Source: a virus. From it: a stretch of 64,000 nt of DNA. Shown piece after piece: positions 9,548 to 18,746 of this stretch. The stretch spans positions 9,421 to 73,420 of IMG/VR virus record IMGVR_UViG_3300035685_000003; one strand, written 5' to 3'. The position numbers were made by a program, and so were the translations under genes. Under the pieces are notes generated by a model. It was not told the DNA's origin and ran no database searches. It saw only the letters and a list, made by a program, of their open reading frames with translations. Within the stretch, counting starts at the first letter, position 1, and each line of letters starts with the position of its first letter.

Positions 9548-9895
9548 ATGGTTGAATTTAGGGAGTATCCGGCGGCGATCGCTGCGGTTCAGTATCAGAT
9601 TCATGAGCTTGATATTCAGCTTGAGCGAGTTTATAAAATCATCAAACAAATCGAATTAACTATTGACTCGGCAATAGCTTTTGACAAAACACTTTATAAT
9701 GACGCGCAACGAAAAGCTACGAGGCAGATACTTTTGGATGCTCATCCAAGCCTTTGGGAGTTTCAAGAAGATATCTCAAGCTTAAGAGCCGTCCGCGAAG
9801 TTAAAAATATTTATTTGAGTAAGCTTCGAGATGAGTTCTCTGTGCTGAAGCTGCTAAAGCGTGAGGATATTGCACGGATGGAGTCGCTTCATTAA
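9548..9895 (+). CDS. Hypothetical coiled-coil protein
   Basis: Helical heptad-like sequence; abuts the next gene. Confidence 0.65.
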   Translation: MVEFREYPAAIAAVQYQIHELDIQLERVYKIIKQIELTIDSAIAFDKTLYNDAQRKATRQILLDAHPSLWEFQEDISSLRAVREVKNIYLSKLRDEFSVLKLLKREDIARMESLH

Positions 9896-10477
9896 ATGCC
9901 AGAAGACTTTATTCAGTCGTCCTTGTTCGATTTGCCCCAGGACGACGGCGAGGAGGACTATTATCCCGATTGGCTTTATCCCAAAAACTGGAAAACTCCC
10001 AGATGGAAAACAGCCATTAAGCGACAGCAGTTATCTTTGCCGTTGCGGAATGCACTCAGTTCTAGCTTTCTCCCTAGAAGCGGTTCCTGGCTTGACTTTG
10101 GTAGCGGTCATGGATTGGATATGCCAAGACTTCTCGATCGCACCGATGGGCGTTATGAGGTTCATGACTTCGATCCTCATTTCTGCCCCAAGTATCCATT
10201 GCTGAAAACTACTTATTCGATTGTCAGTTTGGTTTACGTTCTTAACGTAATTGAGGAACCTGTAGAGCGCTGCAAGCTACTCCGGTTTACTTGGGATTTA
10301 TGCACAGAAGCGTTAGTTGTGGCTGTGCGGTGTGATGGGGCGGGACAGCAATTAACAAGTATTGGTACTTTTCAAAAATATTATGACCGCGACGAGTTCC
10401 TAGATTTATTAAGAGCTTATTGCCCCGGAGCTAGGATTTTTGGCATCGGTGCTGGACACCTGATCGCTTGCAAGTAA
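9896..10477 (+). CDS. SAM-dependent methyltransferase resembling the dnd-associated putative methyltransferase family
   Basis: LDFGSGHG, YVLNVIE, LVVAVR, GTFQKYY motifs. Confidence 0.75.
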   Translation: MPEDFIQSSLFDLPQDDGEEDYYPDWLYPKNWKTPRWKTAIKRQQLSLPLRNALSSSFLPRSGSWLDFGSGHGLDMPRLLDRTDGRYEVHDFDPHFCPKYPLLKTTYSIVSLVYVLNVIEEPVERCKLLRFTWDLCTEALVVAVRCDGAGQQLTSIGTFQKYYDRDEFLDLLRAYCPGARIFGIGAGHLIACK

Positions 10478-10505
10478 AAAACTTTTTTTAATTCTATTTT
10501 CCTGA

Positions 10506-10575
10506 ATCACCGAGCTTCATGTCTGCATGGAGTTCGGTGATTTGGGTGGAATTTATTTTACCCAGATTGCCCATT
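10506..10575 (+). ncRNA. Conserved two-hairpin leader element, copy 1
   Basis: 17-bp stem with TCTG loop plus TGGGT...ACCCA stem; second copy at 61174 with compensatory changes. Confidence 0.55.
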
Positions 10576-10594
10576 GACATAGGAGATTAGCAAA

Positions 10595-10933
10595 TTGGAC
10601 ATATTAGAAATAAGCCCTACGCCAGCAGAGGAACAATGCCAGCAAACTAGCACTGAAAATTATGCAGCGCTGGCAAAGAAAGAATGTCGGATTTTCAAGG
10701 AAATGCTGGAAAGGCTATTCCCCATTCCTGAACACTTGCAAGAAGATGTTTACTTTTACATCAAAGGTAGTCCTCATGACTTCGGCACTTATTACGAGGT
10801 CGCTATGAAGTTCAATGCCGCCATTCCTGAAGTCGTTGATTTTGTTTACAACGTTGACGAGAACGCCCCATCTAGATGGGATGAAACCGCTTTAACACAA
10901 TTACGTAAAGAAGGATTAATCGAATGCGAGTAG
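10595..10933 (+). CDS. Hypothetical phage protein, paralog of 61257-61604
   Basis: AGGAG SD, TTG start; shares P.EE..QQ, E.RI.K..L.R.F, YE...KF and P..WDE with the paralog. Confidence 0.75.
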   Translation: MDILEISPTPAEEQCQQTSTENYAALAKKECRIFKEMLERLFPIPEHLQEDVYFYIKGSPHDFGTYYEVAMKFNAAIPEVVDFVYNVDENAPSRWDETALTQLRKEGLIECE

Positions 10934-11091
10934 TAATTTTGAGTTTAGTTGTTAGTTTGCTAGTAGGTAATGCCAATACTGCGCTTGCAAATTCCCCTTA
11001 TGTTGATCACGAAGTTTTTACTGAAACTGCTCAAGTGGTCAATGACGACGAACCAGAAGTACCTTACCGGGGAAAAAGACGCAGATAAGTT

Positions 11092-11385
11092 ATGGAACCA
11101 ACTCAACGATTTGAAAGTGCTACTTGTGAAGGGATTGAACTAGCCGGGGATGGCTTTCAGTGGCGGACTGTTCATATTCAGATCCGAACAGATGTGACTT
11201 TAGGGCATCCCGTTGCCGATGCTCGATTAATTTCGTCTGCACCTGAAATTCATCAAGCCCTAGAGTCGCTGGTTGATCTTCTGGAAACAACCGATTTACG
11301 CCATACTGGGCGCACTCTGGCAGTAGCCCAAGAACGAATTCAGAAAGCTTTGGAACTACTTGCCTACATCAAAGGCGAGTTGTGA
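11092..11385 (+). CDS. Hypothetical phage protein
   Basis: ADARLISSAPEI motif, of a type common in small phage proteins. Confidence 0.65.
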   Translation: MEPTQRFESATCEGIELAGDGFQWRTVHIQIRTDVTLGHPVADARLISSAPEIHQALESLVDLLETTDLRHTGRTLAVAQERIQKALELLAYIKGEL

Positions 11386-11412
11386 ACAGTAGCAAAACAG
11401 CTTTTTAACTAA

Positions 11413-11473
11413 GTCCACGGACTTCCGTGGATAGTTTTTCTTCAACCAACTTCGTCCACGGACTTCCGTGGAC
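11413..11473. repeat. Two direct copies of the hairpin-forming 19-mer GTCCACGGACTTCCGTGGA
   Basis: Copies at 11413-11431 and 11454-11472, 41 bp apart, upstream of the 11498 gene. Confidence 0.85.
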
Positions 11474-11497
11474 AGGTTTTACCTACCCATTTTTACC

Positions 11498-12250
11498 ATG
11501 ACCGAAACTAATTTCTTGTTTGATGTTGAAGCGCTGACGGCTAAAAACAGCCGTGAGAAAGCCCGAGAAGTAATTAGTCCAGCCGCAAGAGGAATGCTGT
11601 TACTCCTAGCTGAGTTAGATACCAATAAGGAGATCATCGCCGCCTTGCTTGAGTTACACGATATGGAGATTGGACACATCCGGTACATTGCAGCCCCTGT
11701 TATTGTTCATCGTGGAGCTTGGGCAGACACCGTACCTGCGTGGATATTTAAAGCGATCGCAATTGACCGATTGAAATTAGTTTTTGAAGAACACGAAAAA
11801 GGGATTGTCGGACATTTAGTTACCCCGGCTGAGATAGTAGCTGTGATGATGCCTGCTAGCTACGAAGCGCCGATGGGAACTCGATGGACTAACCTTTATC
11901 TGTGGGCTTGTAACGAGGCGATAGTAGCTCACAACCGATTGAGAGATGGAGTAAAAGATACCTGGGAATTACTTGGTATGCCTCCAATTCAGTACGCAAG
12001 CATCAAACATGATTATGAGGAATTAGCGCGAGATATCCGCCACAGATTAGTCGAGGCTTCCCGTGCTAGAGGCTGGAAGAAACGCGCTAAAGATCCACTT
12101 GAAAGTAAAGCTAAAAAGCCTACTGAGATTGCAGAAATAGAGGGGCAACTTAATATTCTGGAATTATCAACAGATGAAATTGACTCAGGCGATGTGCCTG
12201 CCCCGCCGCCAAGGGTAGAGCAAACCAACTTATTCGATTTATTGGGTTAA
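11498..12250 (+). CDS. Hypothetical protein with C-terminal QTNLF motif
   Basis: Long ORF; ATG at 11498 preferred (ATTTTTACCATG context shared with 12623). Confidence 0.75.
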   Translation: MTETNFLFDVEALTAKNSREKAREVISPAARGMLLLLAELDTNKEIIAALLELHDMEIGHIRYIAAPVIVHRGAWADTVPAWIFKAIAIDRLKLVFEEHEKGIVGHLVTPAEIVAVMMPASYEAPMGTRWTNLYLWACNEAIVAHNRLRDGVKDTWELLGMPPIQYASIKHDYEELARDIRHRLVEASRARGWKKRAKDPLESKAKKPTEIAEIEGQLNILELSTDEIDSGDVPAPPPRVEQTNLFDLLG

Positions 12251-12254
12251 TTTT

Positions 12255-12566
12255 ATGTCAGAGAAATCTTGTTTTACTTGTTCACATATTCATCAAATTG
12301 ATTCTGAGTGGCAATGCATTCATCCATCAATGTCTTCGTTTCCCTTTGTTGAACCCAGTAAAGATATCTTGAATGACGATCAAAAATACGCCCAATACTG
12401 CGCTCAAGATTGCCCTGGATATGAACTTAAAATTGTTGAACTAGAACAGCAATCTGAACTTGAGGAAGATTGGGAATATCAGATGCCCACTCCAGAAGAG
12501 ATCGCGCAGTGGAAAGAGTCTGAGGCAAATATCATGCTCATCCGTTCCCTAATGATGGGCGACTAA
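12255..12566 (+). CDS. Hypothetical Cys-rich protein
   Basis: CFTC, CAQDC; operon spacing. Confidence 0.6.
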   Translation: MSEKSCFTCSHIHQIDSEWQCIHPSMSSFPFVEPSKDILNDDQKYAQYCAQDCPGYELKIVELEQQSELEEDWEYQMPTPEEIAQWKESEANIMLIRSLMMGD

Positions 12567-12622
12567 GTTTGCGAACCAGTATTTGTTTTATCGGGGAGGT
12601 ATCAAATCTCCCTATTTTTACC

Positions 12623-13549
12623 ATGAAAATAACTAGAGTCCGTTTAAGTGAAATAGAAAAAGACCTTGGCGCTTTTCAGTTTCGCTCTGTTGCTTTTGAT
12701 GAAGAAAGGGTGCGGTGGTTAGTTGCAAATTGGAAGCCGGAAGCTTTAGATCCTTTGGATATTTGGCTCTCTCCCGATGGCAGAAAGCTTTTAATTGCCG
12801 GACATCACCGACTAGAAGCAATGACACGCAGAGGCGATAATTCCGCGCCTTGTCGTGTTCACGAAGTTAGCTTACAAGAAGCGCAAATGATGGCGCTGAT
12901 GTCAAACGCCAACAGGTTGCAATATACCTCGTTTGAGTATGCGCGGTGTGTGGATTTTCTAATAACTAAATGCGGCAACAACTTTGTCCAAGCGGCTAAA
13001 AGTTTGGCTATTAGTGAAGGCATGGCAAAGAAATACCATTCGCTAGTTCAGCTTTTAGGAACAGATTGGGAACTGCAAACGGATAAGTTAGATTTGCTCT
13101 CAAGAGCGTTTGAAGTCGCAAGCTTCGCACAAGCGTACCCGTTGAGCCAAACCGAAATCCAATCACTATTTAAGATCACTACACAGTACGATTTGACCGC
13201 CAACCAAATTCGGCAACTATTGCGCGATATCCGCCGCCAGAAAACTAACCAAGAAGAGTCTCAAGAAAGCTTATTCGACCTCGCCTCTTTTGGCGATCGC
13301 ACTGCTAAAGCACTCAAAAGACGAACTTTCTTAGATAATTGTGCGGCACAAACTTGGTGGCTTTACGAAATGGTTAGCTCTGATCGCCACTATGTTTTCC
13401 CTGAAGAACTCAAGGAACCGTTGCTAAAGAATTTACGGCAAATTTACGCCCACTGCATCGGCTCAGAAGAAGCAGAAGTTATACCTGTTAGAGCCACCAA
13501 AAAAGGTAGGAAAATCCCAGTACCTTATGACCAAAAAAAGCATGAATAA
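12623..13549 (+). CDS. ParB/Srx N-terminal domain protein with HTH
   Basis: FQFR...LLIAGHHRLEA...SNANR. Confidence 0.75.
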   Translation: MKITRVRLSEIEKDLGAFQFRSVAFDEERVRWLVANWKPEALDPLDIWLSPDGRKLLIAGHHRLEAMTRRGDNSAPCRVHEVSLQEAQMMALMSNANRLQYTSFEYARCVDFLITKCGNNFVQAAKSLAISEGMAKKYHSLVQLLGTDWELQTDKLDLLSRAFEVASFAQAYPLSQTEIQSLFKITTQYDLTANQIRQLLRDIRRQKTNQEESQESLFDLASFGDRTAKALKRRTFLDNCAAQTWWLYEMVSSDRHYVFPEELKEPLLKNLRQIYAHCIGSEEAEVIPVRATKKGRKIPVPYDQKKHE

Positions 13550-13627
13550 ATCAGAGCAGTCGCGCTTGCTCTAGCAAAATACGTTCCCCAAAAAACCTTG
13601 CGTTGCAAGGCTTTTGGGGAGCCAAAA

Positions 13628-13680
13628 TGTTGCAAGTTTTCAAAAATTGTGTTAAGATCAAGGTGTGGCAAAGAATCAAA
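13628..13680 (+). promoter_or_regulatory. Repeated promoter/operator cassette, copy 2
   Basis: TTGCAA (13630), 17 nt, TAAGAT (13653), then TGTGGCAAAGAATCAA. Confidence 0.8.
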
Positions 13681-13697
13681 CCCGCGAGGACAAAAAG

Positions 13698-13922
13698 ATG
13701 GAAACAAGCACAAAGACATATTGGTACGGTGGAGTTGAAAACCTGGTTCAGAACGAAGAGGGATATGTATTTTGGAAAGGCGAGATGATGGACTTGCAAG
13801 ATGTGTTGGAAGATGCAGAAGCTGAAAGAGCAATTGCAGAGAAGTTGGGAGCCATTTGTAAGATGTTGGAATCAGTCGGGACGGCGGTGAATGTTGGGAA
13901 TGTATATTTATTCATGGACTAG
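13698..13922 (+). CDS. Small acidic hypothetical protein
   Basis: GCGAGGACAAAAAG-ATG leader nearly identical to that of 9031; followed by hairpin 13931-13950. Confidence 0.7.
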   Translation: METSTKTYWYGGVENLVQNEEGYVFWKGEMMDLQDVLEDAEAERAIAEKLGAICKMLESVGTAVNVGNVYLFMD

Positions 13923-13960
13923 GAGGAGTTGGGATTGGCAAGCCAATCCCGTCTAAAATC

Positions 13961-14881
13961 ATGGAACCCAGATTAGCCTTTACTGCTTTAGCTGTTTGGC
14001 GCGATGGAAAAATATATTTGGCTCAAGAGGAAACCGACGACATTAAAGGTCGTCGGTTTCGTGCTAAAGAAGTTGTTGAAACTTATGAATTTGAGATTGT
14101 TGAAAATGGAGTAAACTTTTTTCCCAGAACCAGTCGCCAACTGATTGTAAGATTAGGCCCAAAAGCTTGTGCTTGTAATTGTGCCGATATTCATAATCGT
14201 CATTTACCTTGCAAGCACATTTTTGGTGGTGCTTTTTTATTAGGCGATAAATCAGCACTTTTAGATGTTCCTCCGCCTAAGATTATTCGTGCGTCAAATG
14301 GCGAACCTAGGAAACGGCGAACTCGACTTCAAGATATCAAAGTCGGAAAATACTTTACGTTATTAGATTTTTTAATTTCCGATACTGCCATTAAACGGGG
14401 AATTCCTAATTCCTTCGATTGGCAATCTGAGTCTGGCCAAAAAGCAATGTCATTAATGCAGATGTTGTGTGAACAACTTCTCGATCCTCTGTGCGAGGAA
14501 TTCAACCGAATTTCGATTACCAGAGGTTATCTAGGTTTAGAGCTTTTCAAGCACATTTATCATGTCGATGGTGCGACGTGGCCTGGTGCTGCTTTAGCTC
14601 ATGGATTTCATCGAGCTGGGGGAGCAGATATTTGGGTGCATAATTGGTCAAAGTCGGCGCTGGATTTAGCTTTTTATCTCCAAGCTTCCGAGAATTACAA
14701 ATTCGAGTTTATTCGGGTTTATCCTGAAAGTCCGATTTTGTGTGTGGGAGTCGATGCGATCACCTCAAAGCGAATTATTCAAGAATGGAATTCGAGTTTT
14801 CGTGGTTGCACAATTCACAAACCGCGATCAACTTTCCGGCAGGGAATTTTAGGAGAACATACTTTATTTGAACCAAAATGA
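13961..14881 (+). CDS. SWIM zinc finger plus peptidase M15A-like domain protein
   Basis: CNCADIHNRHLPCKH (SWIM); KYFTLLDFL.S.TA..RGIPN...ISITRGY...H...GGADI. Confidence 0.65.
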   Translation: MEPRLAFTALAVWRDGKIYLAQEETDDIKGRRFRAKEVVETYEFEIVENGVNFFPRTSRQLIVRLGPKACACNCADIHNRHLPCKHIFGGAFLLGDKSALLDVPPPKIIRASNGEPRKRRTRLQDIKVGKYFTLLDFLISDTAIKRGIPNSFDWQSESGQKAMSLMQMLCEQLLDPLCEEFNRISITRGYLGLELFKHIYHVDGATWPGAALAHGFHRAGGADIWVHNWSKSALDLAFYLQASENYKFEFIRVYPESPILCVGVDAITSKRIIQEWNSSFRGCTIHKPRSTFRQGILGEHTLFEPK

Positions 14882-15552
14882 CTGAGCGTAAATGGCATCC
14901 CCGCACTCGCCCTCAAGATGTGCGGGTCGGAAAGTACTTTGTGCTTTCCGATTTTCTTTACTCCCAAACTGCAACAACTCGCGGTATCCCCAATTGCCCC
15001 AGTAGCTGGACTGGGGTAGAAGTTCGGGGGCTTAAGGGATTATGCAAACATATCCTCGATCCTGTTGTGGAAAAGTTTGGCCCTCTTAGTATCACTTTTG
15101 GATTTTGCTCACTTGAACTTTGGAAGCATTGGTATCCAAGCGTTGTGAATCCTTTAGCTTTACACCTGTTTCGTCCTCCGCAAGGGGGCATCGGCGGCGC
15201 TGCTGATATCTTGGTTCATGCTTATGTTGAACCGCGAACAGTGTTTAACTGGATTCGGCAAAACTGCGATTACGATCGCCTGATTATGTACCCTGGCAGC
15301 TTGATTATTTGCGTTGCTTGGTGTGAGCAAAAGCCCAGGTTTCATGCCAAGGAATGGATATTCCCTAATGGCTCAGGAAATGCCGAATACGTTGATGCAG
15401 GCTGGGACGCTGCCCCCGATCCTAAGCCCAAAAAAGATCCCCCTGAATTTAAGCAAGGAAAGCTTTTTTGGCAACCCTCAATGTTGCGTGATTGTTCCTC
15501 GTTGCTCAGTCACAACGCAAGCCTACTATCCTTTCTAGATCAAAATAAATAA
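14878..15552 (+). CDS. Peptidase M15A-like domain protein, paralog of the upstream C-terminal domain
   Basis: KYFVLSDFLYSQTA..RGIPN...ILDPV...SITFGF...H...GAADI. Confidence 0.65.
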   Translation: MTERKWHPRTRPQDVRVGKYFVLSDFLYSQTATTRGIPNCPSSWTGVEVRGLKGLCKHILDPVVEKFGPLSITFGFCSLELWKHWYPSVVNPLALHLFRPPQGGIGGAADILVHAYVEPRTVFNWIRQNCDYDRLIMYPGSLIICVAWCEQKPRFHAKEWIFPNGSGNAEYVDAGWDAAPDPKPKKDPPEFKQGKLFWQPSMLRDCSSLLSHNASLLSFLDQNK

Positions 15553-15555
15553 CCC

Positions 15556-16128
15556 ATGATTTCTAAAATTCGCCGTTTGCAATTTGCCAATCCTGAATTT
15601 GGCTTTACTTGTGCTGTCGATGTTCCAGAATCTGGCGGCAAAGTCGCGGGCTTTTTGACTCTTATTCAAACCAGCGACAAAAAAGTGTGGCAGACTCATC
15701 ACCTAGAAGAGTTTAAATCCATGACCCAAGCGGCTCGATATTTGGTTGAGGAATACCAAAGGATGCGTAGCCACCCCCATGCCCATCACTTAATCCCGTT
15801 GGATGCAATTTTATGGTTTTACAGAATTGCTAAAGACCCTCACTTTGATGTTAACCAATTATCCGAATCAGAGCTTGTTTTAGCAACCACAATTTTAGAC
15901 CAAAAGCAATACTTTGTTTTGCCTGAAATTCGGCATTCCTATTGGCTACCCACAAATAGCAATACTTACAAAATGCGGTTTTGGGATATTGCTAACCCTT
16001 GGGTAAAGCCGATGTATTCCACAATTTATGCGCCTGATTTGGTTGTTGCCCACGCCAAAGAAAAGCTTCTTGTAGAAACCCTTCTTGCCCTTTACAGGTA
16101 TGCCGTTGACTACATTTGTTACTTATGA
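15556..16128 (+). CDS. Hypothetical protein
   Basis: 190 aa ORF in operon. Confidence 0.65.
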   Translation: MISKIRRLQFANPEFGFTCAVDVPESGGKVAGFLTLIQTSDKKVWQTHHLEEFKSMTQAARYLVEEYQRMRSHPHAHHLIPLDAILWFYRIAKDPHFDVNQLSESELVLATTILDQKQYFVLPEIRHSYWLPTNSNTYKMRFWDIANPWVKPMYSTIYAPDLVVAHAKEKLLVETLLALYRYAVDYICYL

Positions 16129-16310
16129 AAGTCTTTCAGATAACTCAAGCCGATATCGACATTTCTTCCACATTGGAACCTAAAGATTTGGGCAAGTGGT
16201 GTTACATCTGCCGGGGTTGCATTGAAGGTTTTTTCTCAAATAGGGAAGATGCGATCGCTAGTTACGAATACGTTTTTGGGAGGCATGATAATGACACGAC
16301 GACCCAATAA
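16125..16310 (+). CDS. Small hypothetical protein
   Basis: ATGA overlap with upstream stop. Confidence 0.5.
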   Translation: MKVFQITQADIDISSTLEPKDLGKWCYICRGCIEGFFSNREDAIASYEYVFGRHDNDTTTQ

Positions 16311-17070
16311 AAAACAGAAGCAATGGGTTGCAGATTTTTGTAACCAGAAACCAGGTAGCCGCGTCCTAAGTTGCAGAGATGCAACTTGTGGTTACTTTTA
16401 TTACATTATCTCCTGGAACGAGGATTTGCCCGTGTACGCTCCTCCGAACGAGGATGACGAGGAGCTTGATTTGGGCATGGGCTGGATAGTTCGCCAATTG
16501 TATGTAGAACTGACTCCTGCCGGGATTGACCGACTGCGGAAAGAAATTATAGCCGATGTGGTTTATCCTCACTGCTTGCTCGACTGGCGACATTCAATGG
16601 TCACGGCTCAAACCGTCCTTCCCATAGCGCAAGTGCTAGAAATTCCCGTTATCGAAAAACCCAAACGAACTACCTCAAAACGTAAGAAGTCTATTGTTGA
16701 TATGACTCAGCATCAACTACCTCTAGATCCTTTAGGGCAAGAAATCTTACGAATATCCATGCGGCGTGATGGGGAAGTGCGATCGCGGCAAGATTTACTT
16801 TCTCAAAAAGTACCTCATTACTCGTTGGAAATGAAAACGGTAATTTCAATGAACCAGGCTCTCATTGATTTACTTATTGAGGTTGGTGCAACTTCTCAAG
16901 AATGGGAATCTGCCGAAAGATTGCTCGGAGTAATTGGGGAAATTGGAGTCCTGCAATACATCCGAGATATCCCCGCTTGGCGCAAGATCAAGGGTGTTCA
17001 AGTAGCTGCAAGTGTTCCTGTTGCAGTTCCTAAATCTAAAACACAACACCAACAAAATCAAGCAATTTAA
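16291..17070 (+). CDS. Hypothetical protein
   Basis: GGAGG SD at 16279; long ORF. Confidence 0.65.
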   Translation: MTRRPNKKQKQWVADFCNQKPGSRVLSCRDATCGYFYYIISWNEDLPVYAPPNEDDEELDLGMGWIVRQLYVELTPAGIDRLRKEIIADVVYPHCLLDWRHSMVTAQTVLPIAQVLEIPVIEKPKRTTSKRKKSIVDMTQHQLPLDPLGQEILRISMRRDGEVRSRQDLLSQKVPHYSLEMKTVISMNQALIDLLIEVGATSQEWESAERLLGVIGEIGVLQYIRDIPAWRKIKGVQVAASVPVAVPKSKTQHQQNQAI

Positions 17071-17125
17071 AAGATGATGCCCCCTTGGGCATCATGCGTT
17101 TTCTATACCCTTACCCTAAAATATC

Positions 17126-17683
17126 ATGAATAGATTGGCAGATTTTGACGCTATACAAGTAGCGGAATTTTTTGGCGGCACTTTATTAGCATCTGACCCC
17201 CAAAAGTGGCGGTTTTACAAATTTCAATGGGGTCGTATTGAAATCTATGAGAATGGTGGTGAAGTCAATGTTTATTTTGAGTATCTGCGCGGCGTGGATT
17301 TTCAACCACCAACAGGGGTTAGAATTAGCCAATTCAGTTTTAATTTTAGTATTCCCTACACGGGCTGCGATGAAGCAGAATTTGCTGCGCGGCTGCTTTT
17401 TTACTTAAGAAAAGCAGCGCATGGTGTTGATTTAATGGATTACTTTGTTCACAAAAAAGAGGAAAATTCAATAACTCCAACCCTGATTCCGGTTGAGGTC
17501 GAAGGAGTTAGAAAGTTGAAATGCGATTGCTCTAGATGGTGGGAATTAGGTCGCGCCTGGTCTATCTATCTCAACAAAGATTTTGAGTTTGAGGTGTACT
17601 ACAACACCACTTTGTTTGGGTGTTACAAAAGCCTTGCGACTGCTTTAAAAAGACTAGGAGTCACCCAGCTACCACTACCATAG
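17126..17683 (+). CDS. Hypothetical protein ending QLPLP
   Basis: 185 aa ORF. Confidence 0.65.
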   Translation: MNRLADFDAIQVAEFFGGTLLASDPQKWRFYKFQWGRIEIYENGGEVNVYFEYLRGVDFQPPTGVRISQFSFNFSIPYTGCDEAEFAARLLFYLRKAAHGVDLMDYFVHKKEENSITPTLIPVEVEGVRKLKCDCSRWWELGRAWSIYLNKDFEFEVYYNTTLFGCYKSLATALKRLGVTQLPLP

Positions 17684-17817
17684 TCACTTGCAGGCATGAA
17701 CGCTTTTCGAGGAGGTTTTATTCATGCCTGCTTGTAGACTAATGGTTTTCTCGGTGCGCTCCACAACGAGATGTATTCAACGCATCTTGGAGTCTATCAC
17801 AAAACACTGAGCAGAAG

Positions 17818-17833
17818 CAGGAAAATTTTCCTG
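17818..17833. repeat. Dispersed palindrome CAGGAAAATTTTCCTG, copy 2
   Basis: Exact core between convergent genes. Confidence 0.95.
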
Positions 17834-17844
17834 CAACAAAGCTG

Positions 17845-18735
17845 TTACTTCATTAAGTCGTCCCCAGCAATAATAGTCGTACAAAAAACGTAGCTCTTGC
17901 TAGCCAAATAACGGCGATCGCGCTTAATCAAAGCCATAAACTCTCGATGTCCATCGCGCGATCGCCCAACCAAACAACCGGCTGAAGCGTTTTTAATATT
18001 ATTGTCCGGGTAATCATATCCCCAGTGTTGATTGATACCAAATAAGCCTGTATCAAGCTTATCGCCAGTACGTTTAAAATCTTGGTTGAAGTCTCGATAA
18101 ACAGAAACATTTTTTACCTGTAACAAAGCTTCATGTGGTTCGGCATTCCCGTGAGTACCAACCGCCCAAGCTTTGTACTGCCCAAATTTTATTCTTGCAG
18201 CGCCGCCAACGTTCATCGGACGATAAGTATAATGACTTCCTGGTTCGGAGGTTGCTTGCCACTGTCCAACAATTTTGGGAACTTCATCTACAACTTCAAT
18301 AACGATGCGCTGATCATTAAATACGCCTGGAGCATCATTATTGAGGCTACCATCGGCGTTTATCCCTTCTACGTAAATGATGTTGTATTCCTGTTTATTT
18401 ACAAAGATTTGATAGCCTTTATCCTGTATATATTTGAGGAGGCGGCTAGCAAAATCGGTTCCAAGTTTTAGAGGCGATCTGTTGTCTTCAGGTTTTGCAG
18501 TTAGAAGCTTCTCGGCAGTAGCCCAAGAAATGAAACCGACTTCTGTTAAATTTGCAATACTTTGGAAAGTTTGCAATGCAGAAGCTGAAATTGGCCCAAA
18601 CTTTCCATCTGCTGGAGCATCTAAAAAGCACAAGTTAATTAGTTGTTGCTGGATTTGGCTTGCTAGCTCAGTGTCAGCCGCGATTGCTTCAAAACCGAAT
18701 TTAACCTTTTGATGTTCAAAATCCTGAAGTTTCAT
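17845..18735 (-). CDS. Endolysin-like protein: peptidoglycan-binding domain plus Cys/His catalytic domain
   Basis: IQQQL...ADGKFGP...ALQTFQ (PG-binding); GINQHWG...ASAGCLV. Confidence 0.8.
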   Translation of the reverse strand: MKLQDFEHQKVKFGFEAIAADTELASQIQQQLINLCFLDAPADGKFGPISASALQTFQSIANLTEVGFISWATAEKLLTAKPEDNRSPLKLGTDFASRLLKYIQDKGYQIFVNKQEYNIIYVEGINADGSLNNDAPGVFNDQRIVIEVVDEVPKIVGQWQATSEPGSHYTYRPMNVGGAARIKFGQYKAWAVGTHGNAEPHEALLQVKNVSVYRDFNQDFKRTGDKLDTGLFGINQHWGYDYPDNNIKNASAGCLVGRSRDGHREFMALIKRDRRYLASKSYVFCTTIIAGDDLMK

Positions 18736-18746
18736 CGTGCCTCTAA

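Noticed and set aside
9896..10477. DNA phosphorothioation (dnd) system
   Set aside because: Only the associated methyltransferase family is matched; no DndA-E or Ssp genes recognised
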